Shown here: in pieces, positions 17,734-26,267 of the stretch
How positions within the stretch are numbered: the stretch's first letter is position 1
Layout of the letters: each line of letters begins with the position of its first letter
Source: a virus
Length of the DNA stretch: 64,000 bases
IMG/VR virus record: IMGVR_UViG_3300038443_002312
Location: 1-64,000 of that record
Reading direction: 5' to 3' (one strand)
Notes under the pieces: generated by a model
The model's database searches: none
What the model saw: the letters and a program-made list of their open reading frames with translations, nothing else
What the model was told of the DNA's origin: nothing
Program-made: the position numbers and the translations under genes

Positions 17734-17910
17734 AACCGGGGGCAGGGGTCGAACCTGCGACCACGGCTTACAAGGCCGCCGCTCTTGCCGGTCGGGCGGG
17801 CGGTTTACACGGGGCCGCGCTAGCTCGGCCGTCCCCCGCCTGCCCCGTCGGCCCCGGGACCGTCCGCTTGTACCTGCGGCGCAGTTACCGGCCTTCTGAG
17901 CTACCCCGGC
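17734..17910 (-). tRNA. tRNA-Thr(UGU) with ~100-nt insertion in the D-loop
   Basis: GCCGGGG-TA-GCTC-[113-nt D-loop]-GAGC-G-GCGGC-CTTGTAA-GCCGT-GGTC-GCAGG-TTCGACC-CCTGC-CCCCGGT. Confidence 0.7.
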
Positions 17911-17913
17911 ACG

Positions 17914-17940
17914 AAAAAAGGGCGGCCCGAGCCCGCCCCG
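17914..17940 (-). terminator. Terminator-like hairpin plus U-tract directly 5' of the interrupted tRNA-Thr
   Basis: GGGCGG-GCTCGGG-CCGCCC-TTTTTT on the minus strand. Confidence 0.6.
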
Positions 17941-18097
17941 CACACTCTGTCACCGAACCGCACATGGAGGGAGTCGTTCGGATGGAGGAAGTCACTTGCG
18001 ATCCGGGGTGTCCGCCGACGGTTCCCGGCTTGGTCTGCCGGTCGCCTGAAGCGGACGTCACGCCACCTTGGGTTGTACGGTTGCCAGTGAGATCGAA

Positions 18098-18264
18098 TAC
18101 CCGGCGGGGGAGTCGAACCGCCCATCTCCGGCTTAGCCGCCGGTGTCCTCCCAGGGATTGACGGGTGCAGGCGGTACTCGGTCGGGCGTCGTTGGGTGAC
18201 CTGCCACTTACCGACACCGACCGCACCTGCCGTCTCGCCCCTGCCTCCGCTGAACGAGCCGGGC
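18098..18264 (-). tRNA. tRNA-like gene with large D-loop insertion and aberrant 6-nt anticodon loop (GGCUAA)
   Basis: Acceptor GCCCGGC/GCCGGGT, D-stem GTTC/GGAC enclosing ~100 nt, CCGGC/GCCGG stem, GGTTCGACT T-loop. Confidence 0.55.
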
Positions 18265-18330
18265 TTGTTTAGGTCCGGGGCGACGAAAGAGGTGTCGCCC
18301 ATTCACCCGGAGATCCCCGCCCCGGACCAG

Positions 18331-18400
18331 ACGCCCCACCGGGACTCGAACCCGGACCTGCCCCTTTGATAGGGCCGTGCTGCCATCGCACCCTGGGACG
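18331..18400 (-). tRNA. tRNA-like gene with non-canonical anticodon arm
   Basis: Acceptor CGTCCCA/TGGGGCG, D-arm GTGC/GCAC, T-arm CCGGG-TTCGAGT-CCCGG; anticodon arm GCCCT-ATCAAA-GGGGC is 1 nt short. Confidence 0.6.
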
Positions 18401-18485
18401 AAAACCCCGGCATCCTCTTCCGGGGCGCCGGGCCGCGGGGAAGCCCCGACCTCTCAAGGAAGGGCCCGCGGCGACCGACTCCCTA

Positions 18486-18516
18486 AATCTATACGCACAG
18501 GCACGGAACGTGTCAA
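18486..18516 (-). promoter_or_regulatory. Sigma70-like promoter for the tRNA-like cluster
   Basis: TTGACA-N17-TATAGA(TTTAG); shares GTATAGATTTAG with the 16855 promoter. Confidence 0.65.
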
Positions 18517-18722
18517 GCCCGGGCAACGGCATTCTCGCGCGGCCGGCGGACCGGGCCCGGCTTCCGCGGCGGGACCGGCGGCCCGGCCGGCGGGGCCAGC
18601 ACCCCGCGGGCGGCGGCCCGCAGGACGGCGTCCCGCTCCTCCCACACCAGGTCCGCGATCACCTCCGACTCGGTCGCGAACGGGTCCGCCAGCAAACGCT
18701 CGGTCACCAGGATCGGGTCCAT
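18513..18722 (-). CDS. Hypothetical protein
   Basis: MDPILVTERLLADPF...; GGAGG RBS. Confidence 0.5.
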   Translation of the reverse strand: MDPILVTERLLADPFATESEVIADLVWEERDAVLRAAARGVLAPPAGPPVPPRKPGPVRRPRENAVARA

Positions 18723-18868
18723 TGTCGCACCTCCGGAACGATAGGCGACGGGTGGTCGCCCCCGGCGGTGCAAATCGCGTTCCGGAGATGAGGCAAACCG
18801 TCGCCGTACCATTATAGACGGCGGCGGTCGGGAGGTGGTTCGGGCGGTGCCAAGCGGTTGGCGGGCGG

Positions 18869-19225
18869 TCAGGTGAGGACGCGAACTCCTGTCGCACTGG
18901 TCCCCGTCTTGTACACGTACAGGGCGACCAGCGGGTAGACCTGGCCGACGTCCGCGGCGGCGAAGGTCCAGGTGTCGACCGACCCGTCGAAGGCCACGAA
19001 CTTGACCGTCCCGGCCCCCTCGACCCGGACGTACCGCCCGTAGGCGCCGCTCGTGGGGCCGGCCTGGGCGTTCGTCGGGTCGGCCGGGGTGGTCCCGGCC
19101 GGGCAGGTGAGGTCGACGTCCTTCGTCGCCAGGAGGTCGTCGAGCGGGTAGCTCCCCTTCGGCGGGGCGGCCGAGACGGCCACGCCCTGGTTGGGGAAGT
19201 CGGTGACGTTGGTCGGGGCGCTCAT
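18869..19225 (-). CDS. Hypothetical protein (possible small virion protein)
   Basis: Beta-rich ORF ending VYKTGTSATGVRVL; preceded by TTGACA-N17-GACAAT 8 nt upstream. Confidence 0.55.
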   Translation of the reverse strand: MSAPTNVTDFPNQGVAVSAAPPKGSYPLDDLLATKDVDLTCPAGTTPADPTNAQAGPTSGAYGRYVRVEGAGTVKFVAFDGSVDTWTFAAADVGQVYPLVALYVYKTGTSATGVRVLT

Positions 19226-19258
19226 GGGAGGGAATTGTCCCCGCCCGGGGCCGGCCTG

Positions 19259-20272
19259 TCAACGCCGGACCGGCGGGAGGCCGGCCCACTCGCGGCCGAG
19301 CGCGACCAGGGCGGCCGACAGGGCGAGTTCCGCGGCCGCCCGGGACGGGTAGTCGCGGGTGGTCGGCCCCCGGCCGCCGCGGCGGCCGGCGACGTGGCCG
19401 CCCTCCAGGCGGGCGAAGACGGCCGGGGGCAGTTCCCACGGCAGGGAGTCGGCGGCGTCCGACTCCCGCCAGAAGTAGTGGTGCCCGTCGCGCACGATGC
19501 CGCCGGGGATCAGGTCGCCCGGGTCGGCCGGGCGGGCGTGCTGCGGCTCGACGGACTCGACCGGGCAGACGCGGAACACCGCCGCGAGCCCGGCCCCGGT
19601 CGACCCGCGGCCCTTGCAGGCGTAGCACGGCGGGTCCGGGTCCGGCCGGCCCGAGAATAACCGCCCGGTCCCGGCGCACAGCCCGCACACCCAGCCCCAG
19701 AGGTCACTGCCGGGCAGCGACAGGCGGCCGACGAACCCGCGGACGAACGTCGCCCCGGCCCGGGCCCGCTGGCTCACCCGGGCGGCCGGGATGCGGGCGC
19801 TCAGTTCGGCCCGCAGCCACCGGGCCTGGTACCGGGCCAGGATGGTGCTCACCCGGCCCTCCAGTTCGTCCTGCCGGCGGTCGTTCGCCTCGCTCGCCGG
19901 GTACCTCCCCCGCCGCTGGTCGGCGATCTCGACCTGGACGCGGATGAACTCGGCCCGGGCGCGGAATTCGGCGGCGTGCGTCCCCTCCCCGCCGCAGTCC
20001 GGGCAGACCATCGTCGCCGGGCCGGCGAACGACCCCCGCCCGCGGCAGGCCGGGCAGGCCCGCGACGACATCGGGGTCAGGGCGACCCGCCGGCTCCCGC
20101 GGCACCTCTCGCAGGTCCAATTCGTCCGCCCGCCGGCAACGCGGCCGTGGCCGGCGCACGCCTGGCAGGTCGCCCCGGCGGCGTGATCGTCCAGCCAGTC
20201 GGCCGCCTGGAGGCGGGGCAGGTCGTCGGCCGGGTCGGCCAGGATCGCGGCCAGCGCTTCGGGCGGGATCAC
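19259..20272 (-). CDS. TIGR02996-domain protein with DnaJ-like CxxCxGxG zinc-binding repeats
   Basis: LAAILADPADDLPRLQAADWLDDH...RAEFIRVQ; six CxxCxGxG-type motifs. Confidence 0.75.
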   Translation of the reverse strand: MIPPEALAAILADPADDLPRLQAADWLDDHAAGATCQACAGHGRVAGGRTNWTCERCRGSRRVALTPMSSRACPACRGRGSFAGPATMVCPDCGGEGTHAAEFRARAEFIRVQVEIADQRRGRYPASEANDRRQDELEGRVSTILARYQARWLRAELSARIPAARVSQRARAGATFVRGFVGRLSLPGSDLWGWVCGLCAGTGRLFSGRPDPDPPCYACKGRGSTGAGLAAVFRVCPVESVEPQHARPADPGDLIPGGIVRDGHHYFWRESDAADSLPWELPPAVFARLEGGHVAGRRGGRGPTTRDYPSRAAAELALSAALVALGREWAGLPPVRR

Positions 20273-20493
20273 GGGCGGGCCTCCAGTCGCTTCCGGGTGT
20301 CGGCCGTGTGCAGCCCGTACTCGTTTGCACACCGCAGGCACGCCTTGACCACCCACCACATCCCGGACCGGTTGACGTCGTGCCACGGCGGGCAGGCCGC
20401 GTACAGGTACCGGTCGCCCGGGCGGATGGCGTGGTAGGACTGCTCGGTGCACCGGTGCTCTTTGCGGGCCGTCCGGATCGTCGGGGCGCTCAC
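20269..20493 (-). CDS. Small Cys-containing hypothetical protein
   Basis: RTARKEHRC..IRPGDRY..CLRC, a common phage small-protein pattern. Confidence 0.55.
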   Translation of the reverse strand: MSAPTIRTARKEHRCTEQSYHAIRPGDRYLYAACPPWHDVNRSGMWWVVKACLRCANEYGLHTADTRKRLEARP

Positions 20494-21266
20494 GGCCGGG
20501 CCTCCCCGGCGGCAACCGCGTGGGCCTTCTGCATACACCGGACCAGCTCCCGGACCCGGGTGGCCCACAGGATGACGACGTCGGCCGGCGGGTGGGCGGA
20601 CTCGCGGAGGGCCCAGATCGCCTCGGCGTCGGCCAGCCACCCGAGGCGGAAATCGCCCAGCCCGATCTCCTCCAGCGCGGCCCGCAACTGGGCCCGGTCG
20701 GCGTCCAGCCGGTCGAGCAGCCAGGCGGCGTTCTCGGCCGTCGTCCGGTTGTCCCACTCGTGCCCGGGGCAGTCGACGACGGCGCCTCCCCACCGGGCGA
20801 CGGCCTCGCCGTACGTTTGCGGGACGGCCGCGGTGAACCGGGCGAGGTCGGCGGCCAGTTTGTCCCGCTCGATCTGAAGATAGACGTTCCCCGTGGCCAC
20901 CCGCATGGTGACGGCGTCGTCGGCCTTGGCCTTCTCGCTCACGTCGTGGATCGACCACTTGCCCGAGGTCTCCATGACGGCGAACCCGGCGTCCCGGATC
21001 GCCCGCCGCAGGTGGTCCCGCTCGGCCTCCAGGTCCGCGTAGGTCGGCCAGTGCCCGCCCTCGCACCGCCGGTCGATGAACCGCTCGCAGTTCCGGAGCA
21101 TGGCGAGCTTGTCCCCGACCCGCCGGTCGCACTTGATGCCGTCGCCCAGGGCGGCGTACAGCCGGTCGTCGTCAAGGTGGCAGCGATCATCCGCCCGCTG
21201 CGACCGGTGTTCTCGTATGGCTGCTTCAAGTACCGCCACCCGGGCGGTGAGTTGGTCGCTATCCAC
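20490..21266 (-). CDS. Hypothetical protein
   Basis: AAIREHRSQRADDRCHLDDDRLY...MLRNCERFI. Confidence 0.6.
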   Translation of the reverse strand: MDSDQLTARVAVLEAAIREHRSQRADDRCHLDDDRLYAALGDGIKCDRRVGDKLAMLRNCERFIDRRCEGGHWPTYADLEAERDHLRRAIRDAGFAVMETSGKWSIHDVSEKAKADDAVTMRVATGNVYLQIERDKLAADLARFTAAVPQTYGEAVARWGGAVVDCPGHEWDNRTTAENAAWLLDRLDADRAQLRAALEEIGLGDFRLGWLADAEAIWALRESAHPPADVVILWATRVRELVRCMQKAHAVAAGEARP

Positions 21267-21276
21267 CCCTGCCCCC

Positions 21277-21828
21277 TCAGTGAGAGACCACCCAAGTCCA
21301 AGCTTTGCCATCGCGAATTCGGGCAATAATTGCCCCGTCAACGCCGTGCTCTCTTGCCAGTTTGGCGATCAATCCTCGCGACGGTTCAGAGGCGAGTGCT
21401 GCCTTAATCCTGCCAACCTTCTCCGGGGTCAATTTTGCCACAGGGTGCCTGTCGCCGAGTAGCTTCCGGCCGTGCCTTGCTTTGTCATCCTCGTTGTCCT
21501 TGTAGGTGCCGTACTTGAGGTTCTTGGGCCGATTGTCTCCGGGATTGCCGTTATCGTGGCAAACGAGCAGGCCCACTGGCCGCGGGCCAATAAACGCCAT
21601 CGCGACGATCCAACAGACGAGCATCCGGAACGTCTTGCCGCCCCGCCTAAGGGACACGACCGGCCGACCCGCCTTATCAGGATCTGCCTTCAACCGCTTC
21701 CACTCCCCAATCCGCCCGTAGCCGTAGCCGGGTTTGCGGCAACTCCACACAGAGCCATCATCTCCCACGCGGTACCCCGGGAACCCCGAAACGTCCCTGT
21801 AAGTGACCGCAGGCTGACATTCAGACAT
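21277..21828 (-). CDS. NUMOD4/HNH homing-type endonuclease
   Basis: YRDVSGFPGYRVGDDGSVWS (NUMOD4); VAMAFIGPRP..VCHDNGNPGDNRPKNLKYGT (HNH); visibly lower GC than flanks. Confidence 0.85.
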   Translation of the reverse strand: MSECQPAVTYRDVSGFPGYRVGDDGSVWSCRKPGYGYGRIGEWKRLKADPDKAGRPVVSLRRGGKTFRMLVCWIVAMAFIGPRPVGLLVCHDNGNPGDNRPKNLKYGTYKDNEDDKARHGRKLLGDRHPVAKLTPEKVGRIKAALASEPSRGLIAKLAREHGVDGAIIARIRDGKAWTWVVSH

Positions 21829-22013
21829 GATTCGCCTCCCGGTCGTCCGCCTTCTGGGCCCGGTGCTCCCGGATGGCCGCTTCGAGGGCCGCGACCCGGG
21901 CCCGGGCGGCGTCCCGCTCGGCGATCAGGAACTCGGCCACGGCGGCGCCGGGGTCGGGCAGGGGATCGGGACTCACGACGGATCTCCGGGTGGGGTGCCA
22001 AGGGGTTGGCGGG

Positions 22014-23381
22014 CTACAGGGTGTTGACCACGTTGATGACCAGGGCGGCCGCCCGGACGTCCTCCTTGTCCCGGGCCTTGCGGACCATCGCGGCCATCAC
22101 GTCGGCCACGTCGTCCGGGGTAACCTTGGCCAGGATGGCGGCCCTCAGGGCGGCGGCCCGGTCGGCGGCCTCGGCGGGGGCGGGGCAGGCCCCGCGGACG
22201 GCGGCGACGGACCGGCGGCCGGGGCCGTCGCCAGCCGGGACAAGAGCGCCACGGTCGGCAGGTAGTGGTCGGGGGCCCGGGCCCCCGACGGCTTGTTCCG
22301 CCTCAGCCGGGCGATCAGCCCCCGGGCCTCCAGTTCCGTCACGTAGTTCCGCCGCCCGCCGCCCGTCCGGGCCGCCCCGATCGAGGTCGACAGGCCGCAC
22401 GCCGAGAGCCACTCCGCCCGGGTCAGGGCCCGGCCGGCGGTCGCCAGGGCGACCGCCAGGTGGACCTCCTTCGGCCGCAGGTCCGCCGGCAGGTTGTACG
22501 CCCGGGCCAGGGCCTCCGCCCGGGCCCGCTCGGCCAGCAGTTTCCCCCAGCTCCCCCGGCTCGCCAGGGCCGCCATCTTCGCCACCGCCGCCGAGCGGGC
22601 CGGAGGGCCCGGGTCGTTCGAATCCGTCACGGGCAAATCCCTCCCTGACCGCCGTGGCCACCGCTTCGAGGGCGGCCGCCTTGTCCCGGTCGACCACCCG
22701 CCCGTCCGGGGCCAGGACGGCCCGCAGGTCGAACCGGGCCCGGGCCTCGCGCTGGGCGACCCGCTGGCGGCTCATGCCCAATTGCTCCCCGATCTGCCGC
22801 ATGGTCAGCCCGTCGAACGCCCGGAGCCGGAGGATTTGCAGGTCGAGCGGGCGGAGGACCCGGGCGGCCAGGTCCCACAGGTCGGTCACCTCGGCCCCGG
22901 GCTCGACCCCGCGGTCCGGGACCAGGTCCCGGCCGGCGATCTTGCCGTCGTCGCCGCCCGGCCCGCCGCCCATGTCGTCGAGGCTCGGCCCCCACCCCCA
23001 GTAGAACGCCGCCTTGGCCTCGCCGCAGTTGACGTGCACCCCGCGGTTACTCTCGGCCAGGACGTGCTTGCGGATGGCCGAGTGGATCGAGTGCCCGGCG
23101 GCCGTCTGGAAGCTGGCCCCGCGGGTCGGGTTGAACCGCCGGGCCCCGATCACCAGCCCGAATTCGGCCGCCCCGCAGATGTCGTCGAAGTCGAGGGCCG
23201 GGTGGTTCGCCGCCCACTGTTTGGCGTACCGCCGGGCCAGGGGCCGCCACTGGCGGATGTGGGCGTCCTGGCACGCGGCGCACAACCGGGGCGGGCCGGC
23301 CATCGGCAGCGGGCGGCGGGCGTACCGCCGCGGGGTGGCCGTCGGGTTGAGGCGTTTGGGCGGGGCGGTCGGCGCGGGCAA
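22014..23381 (-). CDS. Sigma-70 family RNA polymerase sigma factor (regions 2 and 4); C-terminal extension doubtful
   Basis: DFDDICGAAEFGLVIGARRFNPTRGASFQTAAGHSI (region 2); ILRLRAFDGLTMRQIGEQLGMSRQRVAQRE (region 4 HTH). Confidence 0.75.
   Translation of the reverse strand: MPAPTAPPKRLNPTATPRRYARRPLPMAGPPRLCAACQDAHIRQWRPLARRYAKQWAANHPALDFDDICGAAEFGLVIGARRFNPTRGASFQTAAGHSIHSAIRKHVLAESNRGVHVNCGEAKAAFYWGWGPSLDDMGGGPGGDDGKIAGRDLVPDRGVEPGAEVTDLWDLAARVLRPLDLQILRLRAFDGLTMRQIGEQLGMSRQRVAQREARARFDLRAVLAPDGRVVDRDKAAALEAVATAVREGFARDGFERPGPSGPLGGGGEDGGPGEPGELGETAGRAGPGGGPGPGVQPAGGPAAEGGPPGGRPGDRRPGPDPGGVALGVRPVDLDRGGPDGRRAAELRDGTGGPGADRPAEAEQAVGGPGPRPLPADRGALVPAGDGPGRRSVAAVRGACPAPAEAADRAAALRAAILAKVTPDDVADVMAAMVRKARDKEDVRAAALVINVVNTL
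22145..22630 (-). CDS. Putative winged-helix DNA-binding protein (overlaps the sigma ORF tail)
   Basis: LRPKEVHLAVALA..ALTRAEW..NYVTELEARGLIARL; GGAGG RBS. Confidence 0.45.
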   Translation of the reverse strand: MTDSNDPGPPARSAAVAKMAALASRGSWGKLLAERARAEALARAYNLPADLRPKEVHLAVALATAGRALTRAEWLSACGLSTSIGAARTGGGRRNYVTELEARGLIARLRRNKPSGARAPDHYLPTVALLSRLATAPAAGPSPPSAGPAPPPPRPPTGPPP

Positions 23382-23396
23382 GGGGCTCCCTCCACT

Positions 23397-24176
23397 TCAG
23401 GACCCGGTGAACGATTCGAGCGGCGGCGGGGCCAGTCGGCCGGCCGGCGGGGGCGGGGTCTCGCCGTCCGCTTCCGGCGACAGGGCCCAAGCGATCAGGG
23501 CGGCCGACAGGGCGCCGACCGCCTCGGTCTCGGTGTGGAACGTGACCCACCCGTACGGGACGATGTGCCCGCCGGCCAGGGCCTTCATGTGCCGGCAGAC
23601 GCCCTCCGGGAACGCCCCGGGCACGGCAATTTCCGGGTAGTACCAGCCGACGTCGGCGTTGCGCGGGGTCAGCCCGGCCAGGCCGACCCGGGTCACCGGG
23701 TTCCGCCGGCACACGTGGGCCGCCACCCCGGGCAGGAAGAACAGGGCCGGCACCATCTCGACCCGGTCCAGGAACCCGCGGGCGTACTCCTCGCGGGTCG
23801 CGTTGAAGGCGGTCAACCTCGGGCTGACTCGCCCCGCGGTGTCGCACCCCCACCGCCGGCCGTGGCGGATCATCGTCTGCTCGCACGTCGCCTCGTGGGC
23901 CAGCCACTCCCCGAGGGCGATCTTGTACGCACCCAGTCGCCGCGTCGTCCGGCTCGGCCACAGCCCGGCCCCGAGCATGACCTGGACCAGTCCGGGCCGC
24001 CGCGGCTTGGGGTTCCGGGCGAGCCACACGGCCGACCGGATGTACACGCCCCGGTCCGGGTCGCCGGCCTCGGCGCACCAGTCGGCCGCGACGAGCCGGG
24101 GCGTGTCGTTCCCCGGGGCCGCCCGGATGCCGGCGACGAGCGCCAGCCACTCGGAACTCCCGTACGGGTCGGTCAT
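23397..24176 (-). CDS. TIGR02996-domain protein
   Basis: LVAGIRAAPGNDTPRLVAADWCAEAGDPDRGVYIR...RGFLDRV. Confidence 0.75.
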   Translation of the reverse strand: MTDPYGSSEWLALVAGIRAAPGNDTPRLVAADWCAEAGDPDRGVYIRSAVWLARNPKPRRPGLVQVMLGAGLWPSRTTRRLGAYKIALGEWLAHEATCEQTMIRHGRRWGCDTAGRVSPRLTAFNATREEYARGFLDRVEMVPALFFLPGVAAHVCRRNPVTRVGLAGLTPRNADVGWYYPEIAVPGAFPEGVCRHMKALAGGHIVPYGWVTFHTETEAVGALSAALIAWALSPEADGETPPPPAGRLAPPPLESFTGS

Positions 24177-24739
24177 CCGGCCTCCGGGCGGGCGGGCCGG
24201 CGGGACGTGTCGACCAGGACGGCCAGGGGCTGGTCCGCGGCCACGGCGGCGGCCAGGGCGGCGAAAGCGTGGGGCGAGTGCACGGTCACCTCGGTACAGA
24301 ACCCGCGGGAGAACCGCCAGGCGGTCGAGTACGACCGGAACGACGGCCGGGGCGTCTTCAACCGGACCAGCCACCGGATCGTCCCGCCGCCCCGCCACGA
24401 CCGCCCGCGGACCGAGGCCAGGTGGGCGGCCTCCCCGACCAGGACCGCGCCGCCGTCGACCACGCCCAACTCGGCGTTCCACGAGAACGGCGGGGTGTCG
24501 GCCGCGACGGCCGCCGGGACGAGCCGGGGCCAGTTCCCGCCGAGCCAGGCGTACGCGGCCTTCGGCATGTACACCCGCCCGCCGGCCCGGGCCGGGCACG
24601 CGACCCGGATGAACTCGACCGTCGCCGCGTCCCGGTCGCCCGCCCCGAACTCCTCCAGCCAGTCGGCGTAGCCCAGCCGGAGGACGTCGTCCTCGGGCCG
24701 GGCCCGGATCGCCGCGAGCAGCCGGTCCCGGTCGGTCAC
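24173..24739 (-). CDS. TIGR02996-domain protein
   Basis: LLAAIRARPEDDVLRLGYADWLEE..EFIRV. Confidence 0.75.
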   Translation of the reverse strand: MTDRDRLLAAIRARPEDDVLRLGYADWLEEFGAGDRDAATVEFIRVACPARAGGRVYMPKAAYAWLGGNWPRLVPAAVAADTPPFSWNAELGVVDGGAVLVGEAAHLASVRGRSWRGGGTIRWLVRLKTPRPSFRSYSTAWRFSRGFCTEVTVHSPHAFAALAAAVAADQPLAVLVDTSRRPARPEAG

Positions 24740-25107
24740 CACTCGCCCCTTCCCGTCTCCGTGTCGACCAGGGCGGCCGCGCGGGCCCGCAGCCGCCGCC
24801 TGCCGTGCCGCCCCGACCCCTTCTCGTGCCCGGTCTTCCGCTTGGTCGACACCGCCCGCGCGGCGTGCGCCGACCACACCGACACCACCCGGACGGCCTC
24901 CGGGGCGAGGAACTGGACCAGGAAGACGGCCTCCCCGTGGACGAGGTACGTCTGGTGTGGCTTGGTCGGGGCGGCCCTGCGGACCCAGGCCGGGGCCGGG
25001 GCGGAGTGCCGGACCTGGTCGACGATCAACTCGTCCGTCGCCGCCGCGTTGAACCGCTCGCGGAATCGCTCCCGGGCGTGCCTCGTCAGATATACGGCCT
25101 GGATCAC
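24736..25107 (-). CDS. Hypothetical protein (T.HA.ERF.ER motif)
   Basis: YLTRHARERFRERF; overlapping start/stop. Confidence 0.5.
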   Translation of the reverse strand: MIQAVYLTRHARERFRERFNAAATDELIVDQVRHSAPAPAWVRRAAPTKPHQTYLVHGEAVFLVQFLAPEAVRVVSVWSAHAARAVSTKRKTGHEKGSGRHGRRRLRARAAALVDTETGRGEW

Positions 25108-25583
25108 GTCGGACTCCCTCCGGCGGCGGGGCCGAGCAGGTCGTCCCCGGGGCCCGCCCCGCCGCCGGGCCCCGGGTCGTCGTCGCCCCCGTCCACCGGG
25201 CCGCGGAGCTCGCGGGCGACCGCGGCGGCCACCCGGGCGAACTCGGCCCGGGACAGGTGGCAGAGCGCGGCCACCAGGACCTCGCACTGCCGCTCGTACG
25301 TCGCGCGCCCCGGGGTCAGGACCGATTCGACCAACTCGGCGCAGGCCAGTTTCGGGTCCGCGACCTCCCGGGCCAGCTGTTCGACCTCCGCGGCGACCGC
25401 CTCCCGGAGCGGGTACGGGCTCCCGGGGTCGCCGAACCCCTCCCGGGCGGCCTTTCTCCGGCCCCGGGCGGGCCCCCGGGGGTCCCCCGGGGCGAGGCCC
25501 GGGCCCGGGTCGGCCAACCCGCTGGCGGCTTCCTCGGCGGGGTCGGGCCCCAGGCCGTCGAACAGGGACCGCTGGGTCTTCAC
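25104..25583 (-). CDS. Hypothetical protein
   Basis: VKTQRSLFDG...; GTGA overlap. Confidence 0.5.
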   Translation of the reverse strand: MKTQRSLFDGLGPDPAEEAASGLADPGPGLAPGDPRGPARGRRKAAREGFGDPGSPYPLREAVAAEVEQLAREVADPKLACAELVESVLTPGRATYERQCEVLVAALCHLSRAEFARVAAAVARELRGPVDGGDDDPGPGGGAGPGDDLLGPAAGGSPT

Positions 25584-25671
25584 GGGGACCCCCGCCAGTG
25601 GGCCCAGGCGGCGGCGACCACCGCCCCGGCCAGGAGGCTCACGACCGGGACCAGGCACCCGCGGAACCCGC

Positions 25672-25887
25672 TCACGGCTTGGCCCTCATCACGCCCCGGG
25701 CCACGTACGCGCTGATGACGACCTCGTCCGGGTCCCGGGCGACCGCCTCCGCTTCGGCCCGCGGGACGACGACGCACCCGGCCGGCCGCCCGTCGGCGTC
25801 CCGGGTCAGGACCCGCAGGGCGACCAGTTCGTACAATTTGTCCCCGGCCCGGACGGTCACGGGCAGATCGGCCAGGTTCATGTTCAC
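25672..25887 (-). CDS. Hypothetical protein
   Basis: Coupled small ORF. Confidence 0.5.
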   Translation of the reverse strand: MNMNLADLPVTVRAGDKLYELVALRVLTRDADGRPAGCVVVPRAEAEAVARDPDEVVISAYVARGVMRAKP

Positions 25888-26267
25888 TCCCGGATCACGC
25901 CGTCGACGACCTCGCCGTACACGTCCCCCCACCAGTCGCAGGTGAGCCGGACCCTGGCCCCGACCTTCAGGTCCCGGCAGTCGGCGTCGTCGCGGAGGTA
26001 CAGGCGGGCGATCTGGATCGCCCGGCCCGCGTCGTCGACGACCCGGACCGTGGTCCGGGACGTGTTGTAACTGAACGGGGACGCGCTGATCCGCATCCCG
26101 TTGTCGGTTACTTTGACCGCCCCGTACCCGGCCAGTCGGTCGCGCCGCTCGGCGGCGCGCTCGGCCTGGGCGCTGTACCCGAGGGGCACGCACGCCACGA
26201 GCGTGCCCACCAGGCCCGCACCGACGAGGGCCCCGACCAGCTTCTTCAGGTCGACCGTCAGTTTCAC
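25884..26267 (-). CDS. Hypothetical membrane-anchored protein
   Basis: N-terminal hydrophobic helix LVGALVGAGLVGTLVAC. Confidence 0.55.
   Translation of the reverse strand: MKLTVDLKKLVGALVGAGLVGTLVACVPLGYSAQAERAAERRDRLAGYGAVKVTDNGMRISASPFSYNTSRTTVRVVDDAGRAIQIARLYLRDDADCRDLKVGARVRLTCDWWGDVYGEVVDGVIRE

Noticed and set aside
22014-22640. Apparent dual-coding overlap of the sigma ORF tail with the 22145-22630 ORF (similar case at 34514-34802 inside the exonuclease ORF)
   Set aside because: More simply explained by indel/assembly errors or chance read-through in GC-rich DNA; cannot be resolved without reads.
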